Below, piece by piece: positions 1 to 9,900 of a DNA stretch of 64,000 bases (positions within the stretch are counted from its first letter, which is position 1; every line of letters starts with the position of its first letter). Both the position numbers and the translations under genes were made by a program. The DNA is from a candidate division FCPU426 bacterium (lineage in GTDB: Bacteria; Oederibacteriota; JAAXVQ01; JAUVAV01): the NCBI GenBank assembly GCA_040756875.1, contig JBFLYH010000001.1, positions 288,001-352,000 of the forward strand, in the 5' to 3' direction. The notes beneath the pieces were generated by a model. The model worked only from the letters and a program-made list of their open reading frames with translations, had not been told where the DNA came from and did not search any database.

Positions 1-416
1 AGGGCCACCCAGACGAAGCCGAGAAAAAGGGTGTGGGCCCGGGGTGAAATATAACGTTTGACCAATTCGCCGATGGAAGTCCCGCCGTGGCGGACAGAGC
101 CCACCAAGCTGGAAAAATCATGCATGCCGCCGATGAAGATGCTGCCCAGAATGATCCACACCAAGGCCGGCAGCCAGCCGAACCAGATGCCGGCCAGGAT
201 GGGGCCCACGATAGGCCCGGCAGCGGCGATGGCGGAAAAGTGCTGGCCGAGGAGCAGGAAGGGTTTAGCCGGCACATAATCCAAGCCGTCGTTGATTTTA
301 CACGCGGGCGTGGGGCAGGCGTCGTCCAGGCTCAGACGCCTGGCCAGCCAACGCCCGTATGTAACATAAGCAATCCCCAAACAAGCCAGGGACAGGAGGA
401 CGACAAACGCAATCAT
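1..416 (-). CDS. cstA: Carbon starvation protein A family peptide/pyruvate transporter (5' part; runs off window)
   Basis: Not in the ORF track. Manual translation from ATG 416 gives MIAFVVLL...TPACKINDGLDYVP...GQHFSAIAAAGPIVGPILA...FGWLPALVWIILGSIFIGGMHDF, the CstA N-terminal signature. Confidence 0.93.
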   Translation of the reverse strand, partial: MIAFVVLLSLACLGIAYVTYGRWLARRLSLDDACPTPACKINDGLDYVPAKPFLLLGQHFSAIAAAGPIVGPILAGIWFGWLPALVWIILGSIFIGGMHDFSSLVGSVRHGGTSIGELVKRYISPRAHTLFLGFVWVA

Positions 417-431
417 TCGGCAGTGTGGTTT

Positions 432-1292
432 TTAAAACAGCCCTTTCATCATCTTTTGCACTTCCGGCGGAATCTGGTCCTTGCCCTGGCCGTCGTCTCC
501 GCCCTCGTCTCCGCCTTCGTCCTCGCCTTCGTCCTCCTCTTCATCCTCGCCGCCCTGGCCGCCTTGCATCATTTTATCCATGTCCTGCACTTTCGCGCCT
601 TTCGGCAGTTCGAACATGGAAGCCGGCACGGCTTTGTTCAGGACCAGGTCCGTGACCACGGACTCGGTAGTGGAAGCGGGCACCGTGGTTTTCATGCCCA
701 TCATGGTCATGGCTTGCTTGGGCGTGCTGACGATGGTCTTCATGGGGAAGTTCTTGCCGGTCCAGACCCATTCCTTCACGTCGCTGGTCAGGCCGCCGAA
801 GGTCTGCTGGTACGCGTAAATGGTGCAGGGTTTGCCGCTGACGGTCTCGGTGCCGGATTTTTTGGCGTTTTTGCGGCGCTCGGCCGCCTGCTGGAACGCC
901 TCGCTGTCCATCATGCCCGTGAACATGCCGCGCATCATGGCCCCCATTTTCGTGGCGGTTTTTTCCTTGGGATTGTAAATGTATTCATCCTTGCCGTCGC
1001 CGATGATGATCATCTGCTCGCCGGTCCGGCGGTCCTTGGTTTCCATGCGCATTTTGTCGCCCGAGATCCAGATTTGGCTGGAGGTTTTGGTGACTTTGCC
1101 GCCTTCTTCGGTCTGCGTCATCTGCGACGTCCACTGGGCGTGCTGGTAATCAAAGCCCATGTCCCGCATGGTTTTGGCCAGGCTGTTGCCCACGCCTGCG
1201 GCTTTGCCTTTGGCCGCGAGGGAGGCTGTGCCGCTCCCTGCCAGCAAAACGGCGGCCGTCAAAACCGCCACCACCACACGACTTGTACGCAT
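432..1292 (-). CDS. Secreted LolA-like/DUF4412-type protein with acidic Gly-rich tail
   Basis: ATG 1292 with GAAAGGAG RBS; signal peptide; GTETVSGKPCTIY and VPASMFELPKG motifs typical of LolA-fold/DUF4412 proteins. Confidence 0.6.
   Translation of the reverse strand: MRTSRVVVAVLTAAVLLAGSGTASLAAKGKAAGVGNSLAKTMRDMGFDYQHAQWTSQMTQTEEGGKVTKTSSQIWISGDKMRMETKDRRTGEQMIIIGDGKDEYIYNPKEKTATKMGAMMRGMFTGMMDSEAFQQAAERRKNAKKSGTETVSGKPCTIYAYQQTFGGLTSDVKEWVWTGKNFPMKTIVSTPKQAMTMMGMKTTVPASTTESVVTDLVLNKAVPASMFELPKGAKVQDMDKMMQGGQGGEDEEEDEGEDEGGDEGGDDGQGKDQIPPEVQKMMKGLF
490..552. repeat. Imperfect 12-bp tandem repeat encoding the acidic tail (EDEG/GDEG)
   Basis: ccgccctcgtct ccgccttcgtcc tcgccttcgtcc tcctcttcatcc units. 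Confidence 0.6.
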
Positions 1293-1448
1293 GTGTTGCT
1301 CCTTTCGGTCGACCCTTGGGGATGATGGGCCTGTGCCCATTCCAAACCGCCCGATTATCGTACAAGTGGCGCGGATGATCAACCATTTCTTGGCTTTCCA
1401 TCCGGGCCGATCCGATGGACAACGGGGAGGAAATTCGCTGGCAATGAA

Positions 1449-3671
1449 ATGCGAAACACGCTAACATACTTCCTATTGTTACCGAGCCGCCCTATGCCTT
1501 CATCTGACAAGAAACCAAACGATTTTGTCCCGTCTGACGCGGCCAGGTCCCGCGGCCGGTTGGTTGCGGCCGCAGCCCTGCTGGCCCTGACGGCAACCGT
1601 GCTTTTTGCCCTGGGGCCCGGCAGGCGCCTGGAGTGGCTGGCCACGGACTGGCTGCAGCGGGTCCAGGCCGGCTGGCAGCCGCCCCAGACGGACCTGGCT
1701 TTCGTGGTGCTGGACCAGAAGAGCCTGGATGTCGGCGAGGCGGAATTCGGCCTGACCTGGCCCTGGCCTAGGGAATCCTACGCCCAAGCCTTGGATTTCC
1801 TGAACCGCGCCGGCGCCAAAATCATTCTCTTTGATTTTACTTTTTCCGAGCCTTCTAGCTACCAGGCCGGGGACGATGAGACCCTGGCAGCCTCTCTCCA
1901 TTCGGCGGGCAATGTTTATCTGCCGGTCATCACCTATGACACCGGATCACCGGCTACCACCGCCCACCTGGCTTCCCGGCGGCCTGAGCTTTTCCTGCAC
2001 CCGGCCATGGGGCCGGGCCTGCGCCAGGCTCCCCGCCAAAGCGTGAACCTGCCGGTTGATCCGCTCCTGTCCGCGGTCGCCGGCCTGGGCGAGGCGCGGT
2101 TTCAACCGGATGCGGACGGCGTTCAGCGCCGCGTGGAGCCCTTGGTCATGCTGGGAAGCGGCGCCCTGCCGGCCTTAGGCCTGGCGCCTTGGATGCCGGC
2201 CCGGACCTCCGTGAGCGTCGGCCAAAACCGCCTCCAAATCGGCGGCCGTTCGTGGCCCCTGGATTCGCAAGGCAGGCTGGTGCTGCGTTATCCGGGCCGC
2301 TGGCAATCCTATCCCCGCGCCAGCCTGTCTGACGTGATCAAGTCCAACGTCCTGCTCCAGGAGGGGCAGCCTCCCCTGGTGGAGCCCGGCCGCTTCCGGG
2401 GAAAAGTGGTGGTGATCGGCTCCACGGCCGCGGGTCTGATGGATCTGCGCAAAACGCCCCTGGATACGGATACGCCCGGGTTCTTCGTTTCGGCCGCGCT
2501 CTGGGCCGCGGGCAAGACCAACCAGGCGTATGACGAGACCTGGCGCGGACGCCTGGCCTGGCCCCTGGCCGTATTGCTGATCGTGATCGGCGCCTGGGCC
2601 GGCACGCTCTCAGTGGGCCGCGGCTTGCTGGCGTCGGGAGCGGCGCTGGCGGGGTTTCTCGCGGCCGCGTCCCTGCTGTTCTTTTACCGGGGGCTGCTGT
2701 TCGACCTGCTGGCGCCGGTCCTGGGCTTGATTGTGGCCCACGCCTCGGCCTGGGGCCTGAGCTACCGCGCCGAACACCGGCAGAAGCGCTTCATTCAGGG
2801 CGCGTTCAGCCAGGTGCTGTCCCCGACCGTGCTGGAGCGGCTGATGCAGGAGCCGGGCCGCCTGCATGCCGGCGGGGAACTGGTCGAAGCCACTGTGTAT
2901 TTTTCCGACCTGGCCGGGTTCACCACGGTCTCCGAGTCCCTGGACCCGCGCCACTTGGTGGAAGTGCTCAACCTCTATCTCGGCGAGATGGTGGCCACGA
3001 TTGTGGACGAGCAGCAGGGGTACGTGGATAAATTCATCGGCGACGCGGTCATGGCGTTCTGGGGTGCGCCCCTGCCGGACCCGGACCAGGCCTATCGCGC
3101 CTGCGTTTCGGCCTTGCGCAACCAGGACAGACTTGCGGCTTTGCAGGGCCGGTTGCGCGACCTGGGCCTGCCGGCCGGGCTGTCCATGCGCATCGGCCTG
3201 CATACCGGGCCCGTGGTGGTGGGCATGATGGGCTCGCCGAAAAAACTGAATTACACGGTCATAGGCGACACCGTGAACCTGGCTTCGCGCCTGGAAGGTG
3301 CCAACAAGCAGTACGGCACCCGCATTCTTGCCAGCGGCGACCTGATCGACCGGGTGGCCGGCCGCGTCGTGGCGCGCGAGGTGGACCGCATCCGCGTAAA
3401 GGGCAAAACCCAGCCCACGCGCCTGTTCGAACTGGTCGGGCTGCAAGGGCAAGTGGGCGAAGACCTGATGCAGTTTGTCGGTGTCTATTCGCGGGGTCTC
3501 GAGTTATATTACCAGCGGAGCTTTGCAGCCGCGCGCCGCCAGCTGGAAGAGGCGCTGAAGCTGCGTCCCGAGGACGAACCGGCGCGCGTGCTGGTGGAGC
3601 GGTGCCGCGCCTTCAGCCGCAAGCGGCCGCCCAAGGACTGGGACGGCGTGACCACGCTGACGAGTAAATAA
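1449..3671 (+). CDS. CHASE2-domain membrane adenylate cyclase (class III); start may be 1494
   Basis: WPWPR, DFTFSE, DADGVQRR and VVIGSTAAGLMDLRKTP (CHASE2); 3 TM helices; FSDLAGFT, DKFIGDAVMAFWGAP, YTVIGDTVNLASRLEG; C-terminal TPR-like helices. Confidence 0.95.
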   Translation: MRNTLTYFLLLPSRPMPSSDKKPNDFVPSDAARSRGRLVAAAALLALTATVLFALGPGRRLEWLATDWLQRVQAGWQPPQTDLAFVVLDQKSLDVGEAEFGLTWPWPRESYAQALDFLNRAGAKIILFDFTFSEPSSYQAGDDETLAASLHSAGNVYLPVITYDTGSPATTAHLASRRPELFLHPAMGPGLRQAPRQSVNLPVDPLLSAVAGLGEARFQPDADGVQRRVEPLVMLGSGALPALGLAPWMPARTSVSVGQNRLQIGGRSWPLDSQGRLVLRYPGRWQSYPRASLSDVIKSNVLLQEGQPPLVEPGRFRGKVVVIGSTAAGLMDLRKTPLDTDTPGFFVSAALWAAGKTNQAYDETWRGRLAWPLAVLLIVIGAWAGTLSVGRGLLASGAALAGFLAAASLLFFYRGLLFDLLAPVLGLIVAHASAWGLSYRAEHRQKRFIQGAFSQVLSPTVLERLMQEPGRLHAGGELVEATVYFSDLAGFTTVSESLDPRHLVEVLNLYLGEMVATIVDEQQGYVDKFIGDAVMAFWGAPLPDPDQAYRACVSALRNQDRLAALQGRLRDLGLPAGLSMRIGLHTGPVVVGMMGSPKKLNYTVIGDTVNLASRLEGANKQYGTRILASGDLIDRVAGRVVAREVDRIRVKGKTQPTRLFELVGLQGQVGEDLMQFVGVYSRGLELYYQRSFAAARRQLEEALKLRPEDEPARVLVERCRAFSRKRPPKDWDGVTTLTSK

Positions 3672-3690
3672 AACAGTTTGAACCATGATC

Positions 3691-3720
3691 AGTAGGGGCG
3701 TTCAATTGAACGCCCCTACT
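3691..3720. repeat. Perfect 30-bp palindrome, GTAG-family REP-like element
   Basis: AGTAGGGGCGTTCAA|TTGAACGCCCCTACT in the intergenic gap. Confidence 0.75.
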
Positions 3721-3746
3721 ATGAATGCCGGTTGCAGGAGGTCCCC

Positions 3747-4244
3747 ATGCTGAAACGCGTTTTCGCAATGGTGGTGCTGTTGGCTTGGTTCATTCCCGCC
3801 TGGGCGCAAGCCGAAGTGAAGTATGTGCAGGTCAACCAGACGCGTCTGCTGGAACGCGCCACGGCTTTTTCCAAAGCCAAGGCCGTGCTGCCGTACCGCA
3901 CGGCGGTTGACGTGCTGGGCCAGCAGGGCGCCTATTATCTGGTGAAGGCCGGCAAAGCAAAGGGTTATGTGGCCCAGCGTTCGCTCACGGTTAAAAAACC
4001 GGCCTATTCGACGTCGGGGTCAGGGTCGCGCGAGTACGTTTCCTCGGACGAAGTGGCCATGGCCACCAAAGGCTTCAACCAACAGGTGGAGGCCGAGTAC
4101 CGCCGGGGGAATCCCGATTTGGCGTACGCCGAACTGGACCGCCTGGAAAAAGCCACCGCCTGCCCTGACCCGGGCAAGACCTACAAGGCTTTCCGCAAAG
4201 CCGGTTGCTTGGGAGAGTTCCAGAAGGGAGGCGGCGCCCAATGA
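3747..4244 (+). CDS. Secreted SH3b-like domain protein
   Basis: GGAGG RBS; signal peptide ending AWAQA; SH3b-like segment (VDVLGQQGAYYLVKAGKAKGYV) then EVAMATKGFNQQVEAEYR. Confidence 0.75.
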   Translation: MLKRVFAMVVLLAWFIPAWAQAEVKYVQVNQTRLLERATAFSKAKAVLPYRTAVDVLGQQGAYYLVKAGKAKGYVAQRSLTVKKPAYSTSGSGSREYVSSDEVAMATKGFNQQVEAEYRRGNPDLAYAELDRLEKATACPDPGKTYKAFRKAGCLGEFQKGGGAQ

Positions 4245-5107
4245 ACCGCATCCTGTTATGGGTCGTACTGGCGGCCTGGGCGGGCATGGCCTCGGGCTGC
4301 GCCACCCTGGGTTCGGCCATCAAAATCGGCGGTCAAATGACCGGATACCAGGACTTGGCGGACATGGGCACCAGCATGGAAAAGGCCAACCGCGAGTTCA
4401 ATGAAGAGGAAAAATATTATATCGGCCGGACCGTGGCCGCCACGCTTCTGTCCGAGGACCACTGGCTGAATCGCGAAGGCCTGAACGCCTACGTGAACGC
4501 GGTGGGGCAGACCCTGGTGCTGGCTTCCGAACGGCCCGAGCTGTTCCGGGGGTATCACTTCGCGGTGCTGGACGCCGCCGGCAAGGTCAATGCCTACGCC
4601 TGCCCGGGCGGGTTCCTGTTCATCACCACCGGCCTGCTGAAGCTGTGCCGGAACGAGGACGAACTGGCCGCGGTCCTGGCGCATGAAATCGCGCACATCA
4701 TCCGCGAGCATCCGGTCCAGGCCATCCAGGCCAGCCACCAGCGCTCGGCCGTGGCCTCGCTGGTCAAATTCGGCATCGCCAAGGCCGGCGAATCCAGTTC
4801 CGAGATCAAGGAACTGAGCGGCCTCTTCGACGCGGTGGTCAAGGACGTGGTCAAAGCCGTGGCGCACGGGTATTCGCGCGACAAAGAACAGGAAGCGGAT
4901 TTGATGGCCGTGGACATCCTGGGCCAGGCCGGTTATCCGCCCCTGGCTTTGGCCGGCGTGCTGGGGCGCATGGACCAAAAGTCCTGCTATCACGGGGATC
5001 CCAAGGTCAGGGCCGCGGCTGTGACTTCGGCGGCCGGCGAAAAATCCTACGGTGCGCAGCCTTTGAAGGCGCGCGACCAGCGCTTTGCGCGCGAAGCCGG
5101 AAAGTAG
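4241..5107 (+). CDS. M48 family Zn-metallopeptidase lipoprotein (BepA/LoiP-like)
   Basis: ATGA overlap with upstream gene; lipobox ASGC; VNAYACPGG, ELAAVLAHEIAH, YSRDKEQEAD. Confidence 0.92.
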   Translation: MNRILLWVVLAAWAGMASGCATLGSAIKIGGQMTGYQDLADMGTSMEKANREFNEEEKYYIGRTVAATLLSEDHWLNREGLNAYVNAVGQTLVLASERPELFRGYHFAVLDAAGKVNAYACPGGFLFITTGLLKLCRNEDELAAVLAHEIAHIIREHPVQAIQASHQRSAVASLVKFGIAKAGESSSEIKELSGLFDAVVKDVVKAVAHGYSRDKEQEADLMAVDILGQAGYPPLALAGVLGRMDQKSCYHGDPKVRAAAVTSAAGEKSYGAQPLKARDQRFAREAGK

Positions 5108-5117
5108 GGAAGCGACC

Positions 5118-5315
5118 ATGGCAGCCAAACGATTGTACCGCTCGCGCTCCAACCGCATCGTGTCCGGCGTGCTCGGCGGCCTGGGGGACTATTTCAACGT
5201 GGACCCGACGCTCTTGAGGCTGGCTTGGGTGGTTGTGACGTTGTTTTCAGGATTCGTTCCCGGCCTGCTCGCCTATTTGGTCGCCATCGTGATCATTCCC
5301 CTGCGTGCGGAATAA
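5118..5315 (+). CDS. pspC: PspC-domain small membrane protein
   Basis: KRLYRSRSNRIVSGVLGGLGDYFNVDPTLLRLAW...LAYLVAIVIIP. Confidence 0.9.
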   Translation: MAAKRLYRSRSNRIVSGVLGGLGDYFNVDPTLLRLAWVVVTLFSGFVPGLLAYLVAIVIIPLRAE

Positions 5316-6828
5316 AACCCAGACGGAGCGTGAATCCTTGAACCTGCATCGGCGCCTTTGGCGATTACTGTGGTACACCTGCCTGGGTTTGGTCCTGTTT
5401 CCGGCTGCGGCCAAGTCCGGCGCGGATGAAATCGCCCTGCCCGGATACCTGGAGCAGGTCCGGCAGCAATCCTCGGCCTGGCAGGCGGTGCAGACCGGGC
5501 AGGAAGCCGAGCGGAAGCTCGCGGCTGAACGGGGGCTGATGACCGCGCCTTATCTCCTGGGCGAGGCGAAATACGGCAAGGACCAAAGCCCGGATCTCAA
5601 TGACATCTTTTCCGGCGAAAGCCAGAGCCAGGCCAAGTGGATGCTGGGATTCGAACAAAAAACCGCGTACGGCCTGAGCGCCCGTCTGGCTTACCGCCTG
5701 TTGCGAACCATGATCGAAGGGCCCGGCAGCCTGGATTTCACCCTGCCCCTGCCCATGCCCCTGGGCCCGGTGGATTTGTCGTATCCCCTGATCACGGAAC
5801 CGGATTACTTCACGGCCCGGGCTGAAGTGGAACTGACCTTCGACTTGTGGCGGAATTTCGCGGGCAACGAGGTGCGGGCCACGGCCGAGGTTTTGGAACA
5901 GAAGCACCTGAGCCAGGGCCTGGAGCGTTCTTTCCAGGCGCGGCAGCTGCTCGCGCAGGCGGAAACGGTTTATTGGAAATTGGCCCTGGCGCAGGATGTG
6001 ATCCGGGTGCAGGAGGAACTGCTGGCCCGCAGCCGGCGCCTGTACGACTGGGTGGCTGAGCGCGTGCGCCTGAAGCTTCAGGACGCTTCGGACCTCCTGC
6101 AGGCCGAAGCTCAGATGCAAATGTACCAGCTGGAGCTGGTGCGCAGCCAGGATCAGGCCCGCACCGCGGCCGCGGCTTTCAACCAGTTGCGCGGCCGGGA
6201 AGGGGACGGGGTCGAGGAGAAGCTGCGGCTGCCCGCCGAAACGGAGTTGGGCGTGCCCGAACTGTCCGCCGAGGCGCCGCCCCGGCAGGACGTGCTGGCG
6301 CTGGAGGCCGGCATCCGGGCCGCCGAAGCCCAGAGCCGCCTCAAACAGGAAGGCCTGCTGCCCGAGCTGACGCTGAATCTGTCGGGCGCCCTCGAAGGGC
6401 AGAACGCCGGCCTGTCCGAAGCCGTGGCCGGGAGCGGCGATCCGAACCGTTCGGTGTACGGCGCCAGCCTGGAGCTGCGCCTGCCCCTGGACTTCATCAG
6501 CCGCGGGGACCTGCGTTCGGGCTACGGCCTCGAGGCCGAGGCGGGCCGGAAGCACCTGGATGAGCGCCGGCTGCAGGCGCAGTCCGACTGGAAGTCGCTC
6601 GCGCGCCGCCTGGCCGCGGCCCAGGAACAGTTGCGCCTGGCCCGGATTCTCGAACAGCTGCAGCAGCGCAAGGCGGACCGCGAGCGCGTGCGCCTGCAGC
6701 GCGGCAGCAGCGTGACCTTCCAGGTGCTGCAGTTCGAACAGGATTGGGGCAAAAGCCAGCTGGGCCGCATCGAGGCCGAGCTGGCCCTGCTGGAACTGCT
6801 GGCGCAGCTGAAAGTGTACGGGGAATGA
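5305..6828 (+). CDS. TolC family outer-membrane efflux protein (start uncertain)
   Basis: Signal peptide, two OEP-like helical repeats, ELTFDLWRN and LELRLPL strands; adjacent to an RND gene. Confidence 0.85.
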   Translation: MRNKTQTERESLNLHRRLWRLLWYTCLGLVLFPAAAKSGADEIALPGYLEQVRQQSSAWQAVQTGQEAERKLAAERGLMTAPYLLGEAKYGKDQSPDLNDIFSGESQSQAKWMLGFEQKTAYGLSARLAYRLLRTMIEGPGSLDFTLPLPMPLGPVDLSYPLITEPDYFTARAEVELTFDLWRNFAGNEVRATAEVLEQKHLSQGLERSFQARQLLAQAETVYWKLALAQDVIRVQEELLARSRRLYDWVAERVRLKLQDASDLLQAEAQMQMYQLELVRSQDQARTAAAAFNQLRGREGDGVEEKLRLPAETELGVPELSAEAPPRQDVLALEAGIRAAEAQSRLKQEGLLPELTLNLSGALEGQNAGLSEAVAGSGDPNRSVYGASLELRLPLDFISRGDLRSGYGLEAEAGRKHLDERRLQAQSDWKSLARRLAAAQEQLRLARILEQLQQRKADRERVRLQRGSSVTFQVLQFEQDWGKSQLGRIEAELALLELLAQLKVYGE

Positions 6829-6851
6829 CGCGGTCAAAAGAAATTCTGTCT

Positions 6852-6953
6852 GAGATTGCCGCGCGCCCTTCGGTCGCTCGCAATGACAGCATGGAGACGA
6901 AACTAGTCATTGCGAGGAACCCTGAGCTTGTCGAAGGGTAACGAAGCAATCTC
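6852..6953. repeat. Inverted pair of GTCATTGCGAG...GCAATCTC REP-like elements, one carrying a nested CCCTGAGCTTGTCGAAGGG unit
   Basis: The reverse complement of 6852-6887 (GTCATTGCGAGCGACCGAAGGGCGCGCGGCAATCTC) has the same ends as 6906-6953. Confidence 0.75.
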
Positions 6954-6968
6954 GAAGAGGATATCTAC

Positions 6969-9900
6969 ATGAGCATCGCCGAAACCGCCATCCGCCGCCC
7001 GGTGTTCATCACCTGCCTGGTGATCCTCATGCTGGCCACGGGGTTGCTGTTCTTTTCGCGCCTGCCCGTCAACTTTTTCCCCACGGTGACCATGCCGTTC
7101 ATCCGGGTGCTGACCCTGTATCCGGGCGCGGGCCCCAAGGAAATGGAAAGCCTGGTCAGTAAGCCCGTCGAAGAGCAGGTGCGCACGATCGCGGGCGTCA
7201 AACGCGTCTTTTCCTTCAGCAGCGAGGGCGTGTCCATGCTGTTCGCGGAATTCGTGCTGGAGGCCGACCCGGTCGAAGCCGAGCAGCAGATGCGCGACAA
7301 AGTGGGCCTGGCGCGGGCGCAGATGCCCAAGGAAGTCGAAGACCCGCTGATCCAGCGCTACGATTACGCCAATTTTCCCGTGGCCTCCATGGCTTTGCAG
7401 GGCCCGGGCACGACCGACGACCTGTACGCCATCGCGGAGAACGAGATCAAGCCCAGCCTGGAACAGGTGCCCCAGGTCAGCCAGGTGAGCCTGTTCGGCG
7501 GTTCGCGGCGCGAGGTGCAGGTGCGGCTGAACCGGGACAAGCTCGAAGCCTACGAGCTGTCCGTAAGCCAGATCGCCCAGGCCATTGGCATGGCCGGCCA
7601 GAACATCCCCCTGGGCAAGCGGACCGACGCCGCCCATCCGGACCGGGAATGGCTGTTCCGCTCCCTGGGCGAATTCACGTCGCTGGACATGATCCGCAAC
7701 GTGATCGTCAAATTCGTGGGGAACGACATTCCGGTCCGCCTCTCCGAAGTGGGGGAGGTGGTTGACGCCCACCGGGACGAGACCAGCCGCGCTTTTGTCG
7801 ACGGCCGGCAGTCCCTGGTGGTCGAGGTCAACCGCCAGAGCGGCGCCAACACTGTGGCCGTGTCCGACGGCGTCAAGCGCCGCATGGAACGCCTCAACCG
7901 CGAACTGGCCCTCAAGCATCCCGGAACCCGGCTGGTGTTGATCCGCGACGGGGCCAAGCCCATCCGGGCCAGCATCGAAGACGTCAGCGAATCCATCGCC
8001 ATCGGCATCGTGCTGTGCGTGGTGGTGGTGTTTTTCTTTCTCGGCAACCTGCGTTCCACGCTGATCACGGGCGTGGCCCTGCCCAATTCCCTGATCGGCG
8101 CCTTCATCCTGATCGCGGCCGCGGGGTTCTCGGTCAACGTACTCACCCTGCTCGCCCTGAGCCTGGCCGTGGGGCTCCTGGTGGACGACGCCATCGTGGT
8201 GCGCGAGAACATCTTCCGCCACATCGAACAGGGCGAGCCGCCGGCACAGGCGGCGGTGCAGGGCACGCACGAGGTGATGCTGGCCGTGATCGCGACCACC
8301 CTGGCCATCATGTCGGTGTTCGGCCCCATTGCCTTTGTGGGCGGCATCACGGGCAAATTCCTGCGCGAATTCGGCCTGACGGTCTGTTTCATCATGCTCA
8401 TCAGCCTCTTCGACGCCCTGACCATGGGCCCCATGCTGTCGGCCAAGTTCGCCGGCGTGGGCGAGAGCCGCTTCTGGCTGGTGCGGGGCTGGAGCAGCCT
8501 GATCCGGCCGGTGGTGGGCGGCTTCGGGCGCTTTCAGGCCTGGCTGGCCGAAGTGTACGGCCGCCTGGCCGCCTGGACCATCCGGCGGCCCGTGCTGGTG
8601 CTGCTGGCCAGCACCGTGATTTTCGTGGCCAGCAGTTCCACGATCGTCTGGCTGCCCAAGACCTTCATGCCCACGCCCGACACCGGCGAGTTCCAATTGC
8701 GCCTGGAAATGCCGCCGGGCACGAACCTGGCGGCCATGGAGCGCGAGGCCCTGGCCGTGGACGCGCTCCTGCGCCGACAGCCCGAAGTGCTGCACACGTT
8801 CCTGGTGGCGGGGCGGGAGCAGGGCGATCCCAGCCGCTCCTCGATCTATGTGCGCCTGATTCCAAGCAACCAGCGCAAGCTGACCAGCAGCGCCTTCAAG
8901 GACAGGATCCGGAAGGACCTGGCGGCCTTCAAGCACGTGCAGATCCAGATCAATGATTACGACGAGCTTTTCGGCGGCCAGCGGCCGTTCTCCCTGAACC
9001 TCATGGGCAACGACGGCGCCCAGCTGGAAAAAACGGCCAAGCAGGTGCTGGAGATCGTGAAGCGCCATCCGGGGTTCGTGGAGGCTGACTGGAGCCACCG
9101 GCCGGGCAAACCGGAAATGCGCCTGGTGTACGACGAACGCCTCACCAAACGCCTGGGCGTGTCCACGCTCATGGCCGGCGCCGAAGTGCGGGCGCAAATC
9201 GAGGGCGTCACGCCGGCCAAGTTCCGCGACGCGGGCGAGGAATACGACATCCGCGTGCGTCTGCGGGACCCGGACCGGGACCTGCAGCGCGACTTCGGCC
9301 AGACCCTGGTCCCCAACCTCAACTACCGCCTGGTGAACCTGTCCCAGGTGGCCAGGCTGGTGCCGGAGCAGGGGCCGGCCACCATCAGCCGCCAGAACAG
9401 CCAGCGCCTGATCGAGGTCAACTCGGACATCAATCCGGCCTACGGCGTGGGCGACTTGATGGATTACTTCAAGAAGGAAGTGGCGGACAAAGGGCTGCTG
9501 CCGCCGGGCGTAACCTATGCCTACGACAGCCAGGGCGAGCAATTCGAGGAAATGAGCAAGAACATGTCCCTGGCCGCGGCCCTGGCCGTGCTGTTCATCT
9601 ACCTGGTGCTGGCCAGCCTTTATGAATCCTTTGTCACCCCCTTCAGCCTGCTGCTGCCCCTGCCCCTGGCGGTGTGCGGGGCCCTGGTGGCCCTGTGGAT
9701 CGGCGGGCAGTCGCTGAACATCTATTCGATCATCGCCATCATCATGCTGCTGGGCATCGCCACCAAGAATTCCATTTTGCTGATCGATTACACCAACCAG
9801 CTCGTGGCCCAGGGCCTGGCGCTGGCCGAGGCCCTGGTCGTGGCCGGCAAGCGCAGGCTCCGGCCCATTCTCATGACCTCTATGACTTTGGTGGCCGGCA

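Noticed and set aside
87-1325. 412-aa plus-strand ORF
   Set aside because: Antisense to cstA and the LolA-like gene, both of which have clear motifs.
6903-9542. 879-aa minus-strand ORF
   Set aside because: Antisense shadow of the RND gene, expected from high-GC codon bias; no recognisable motifs.
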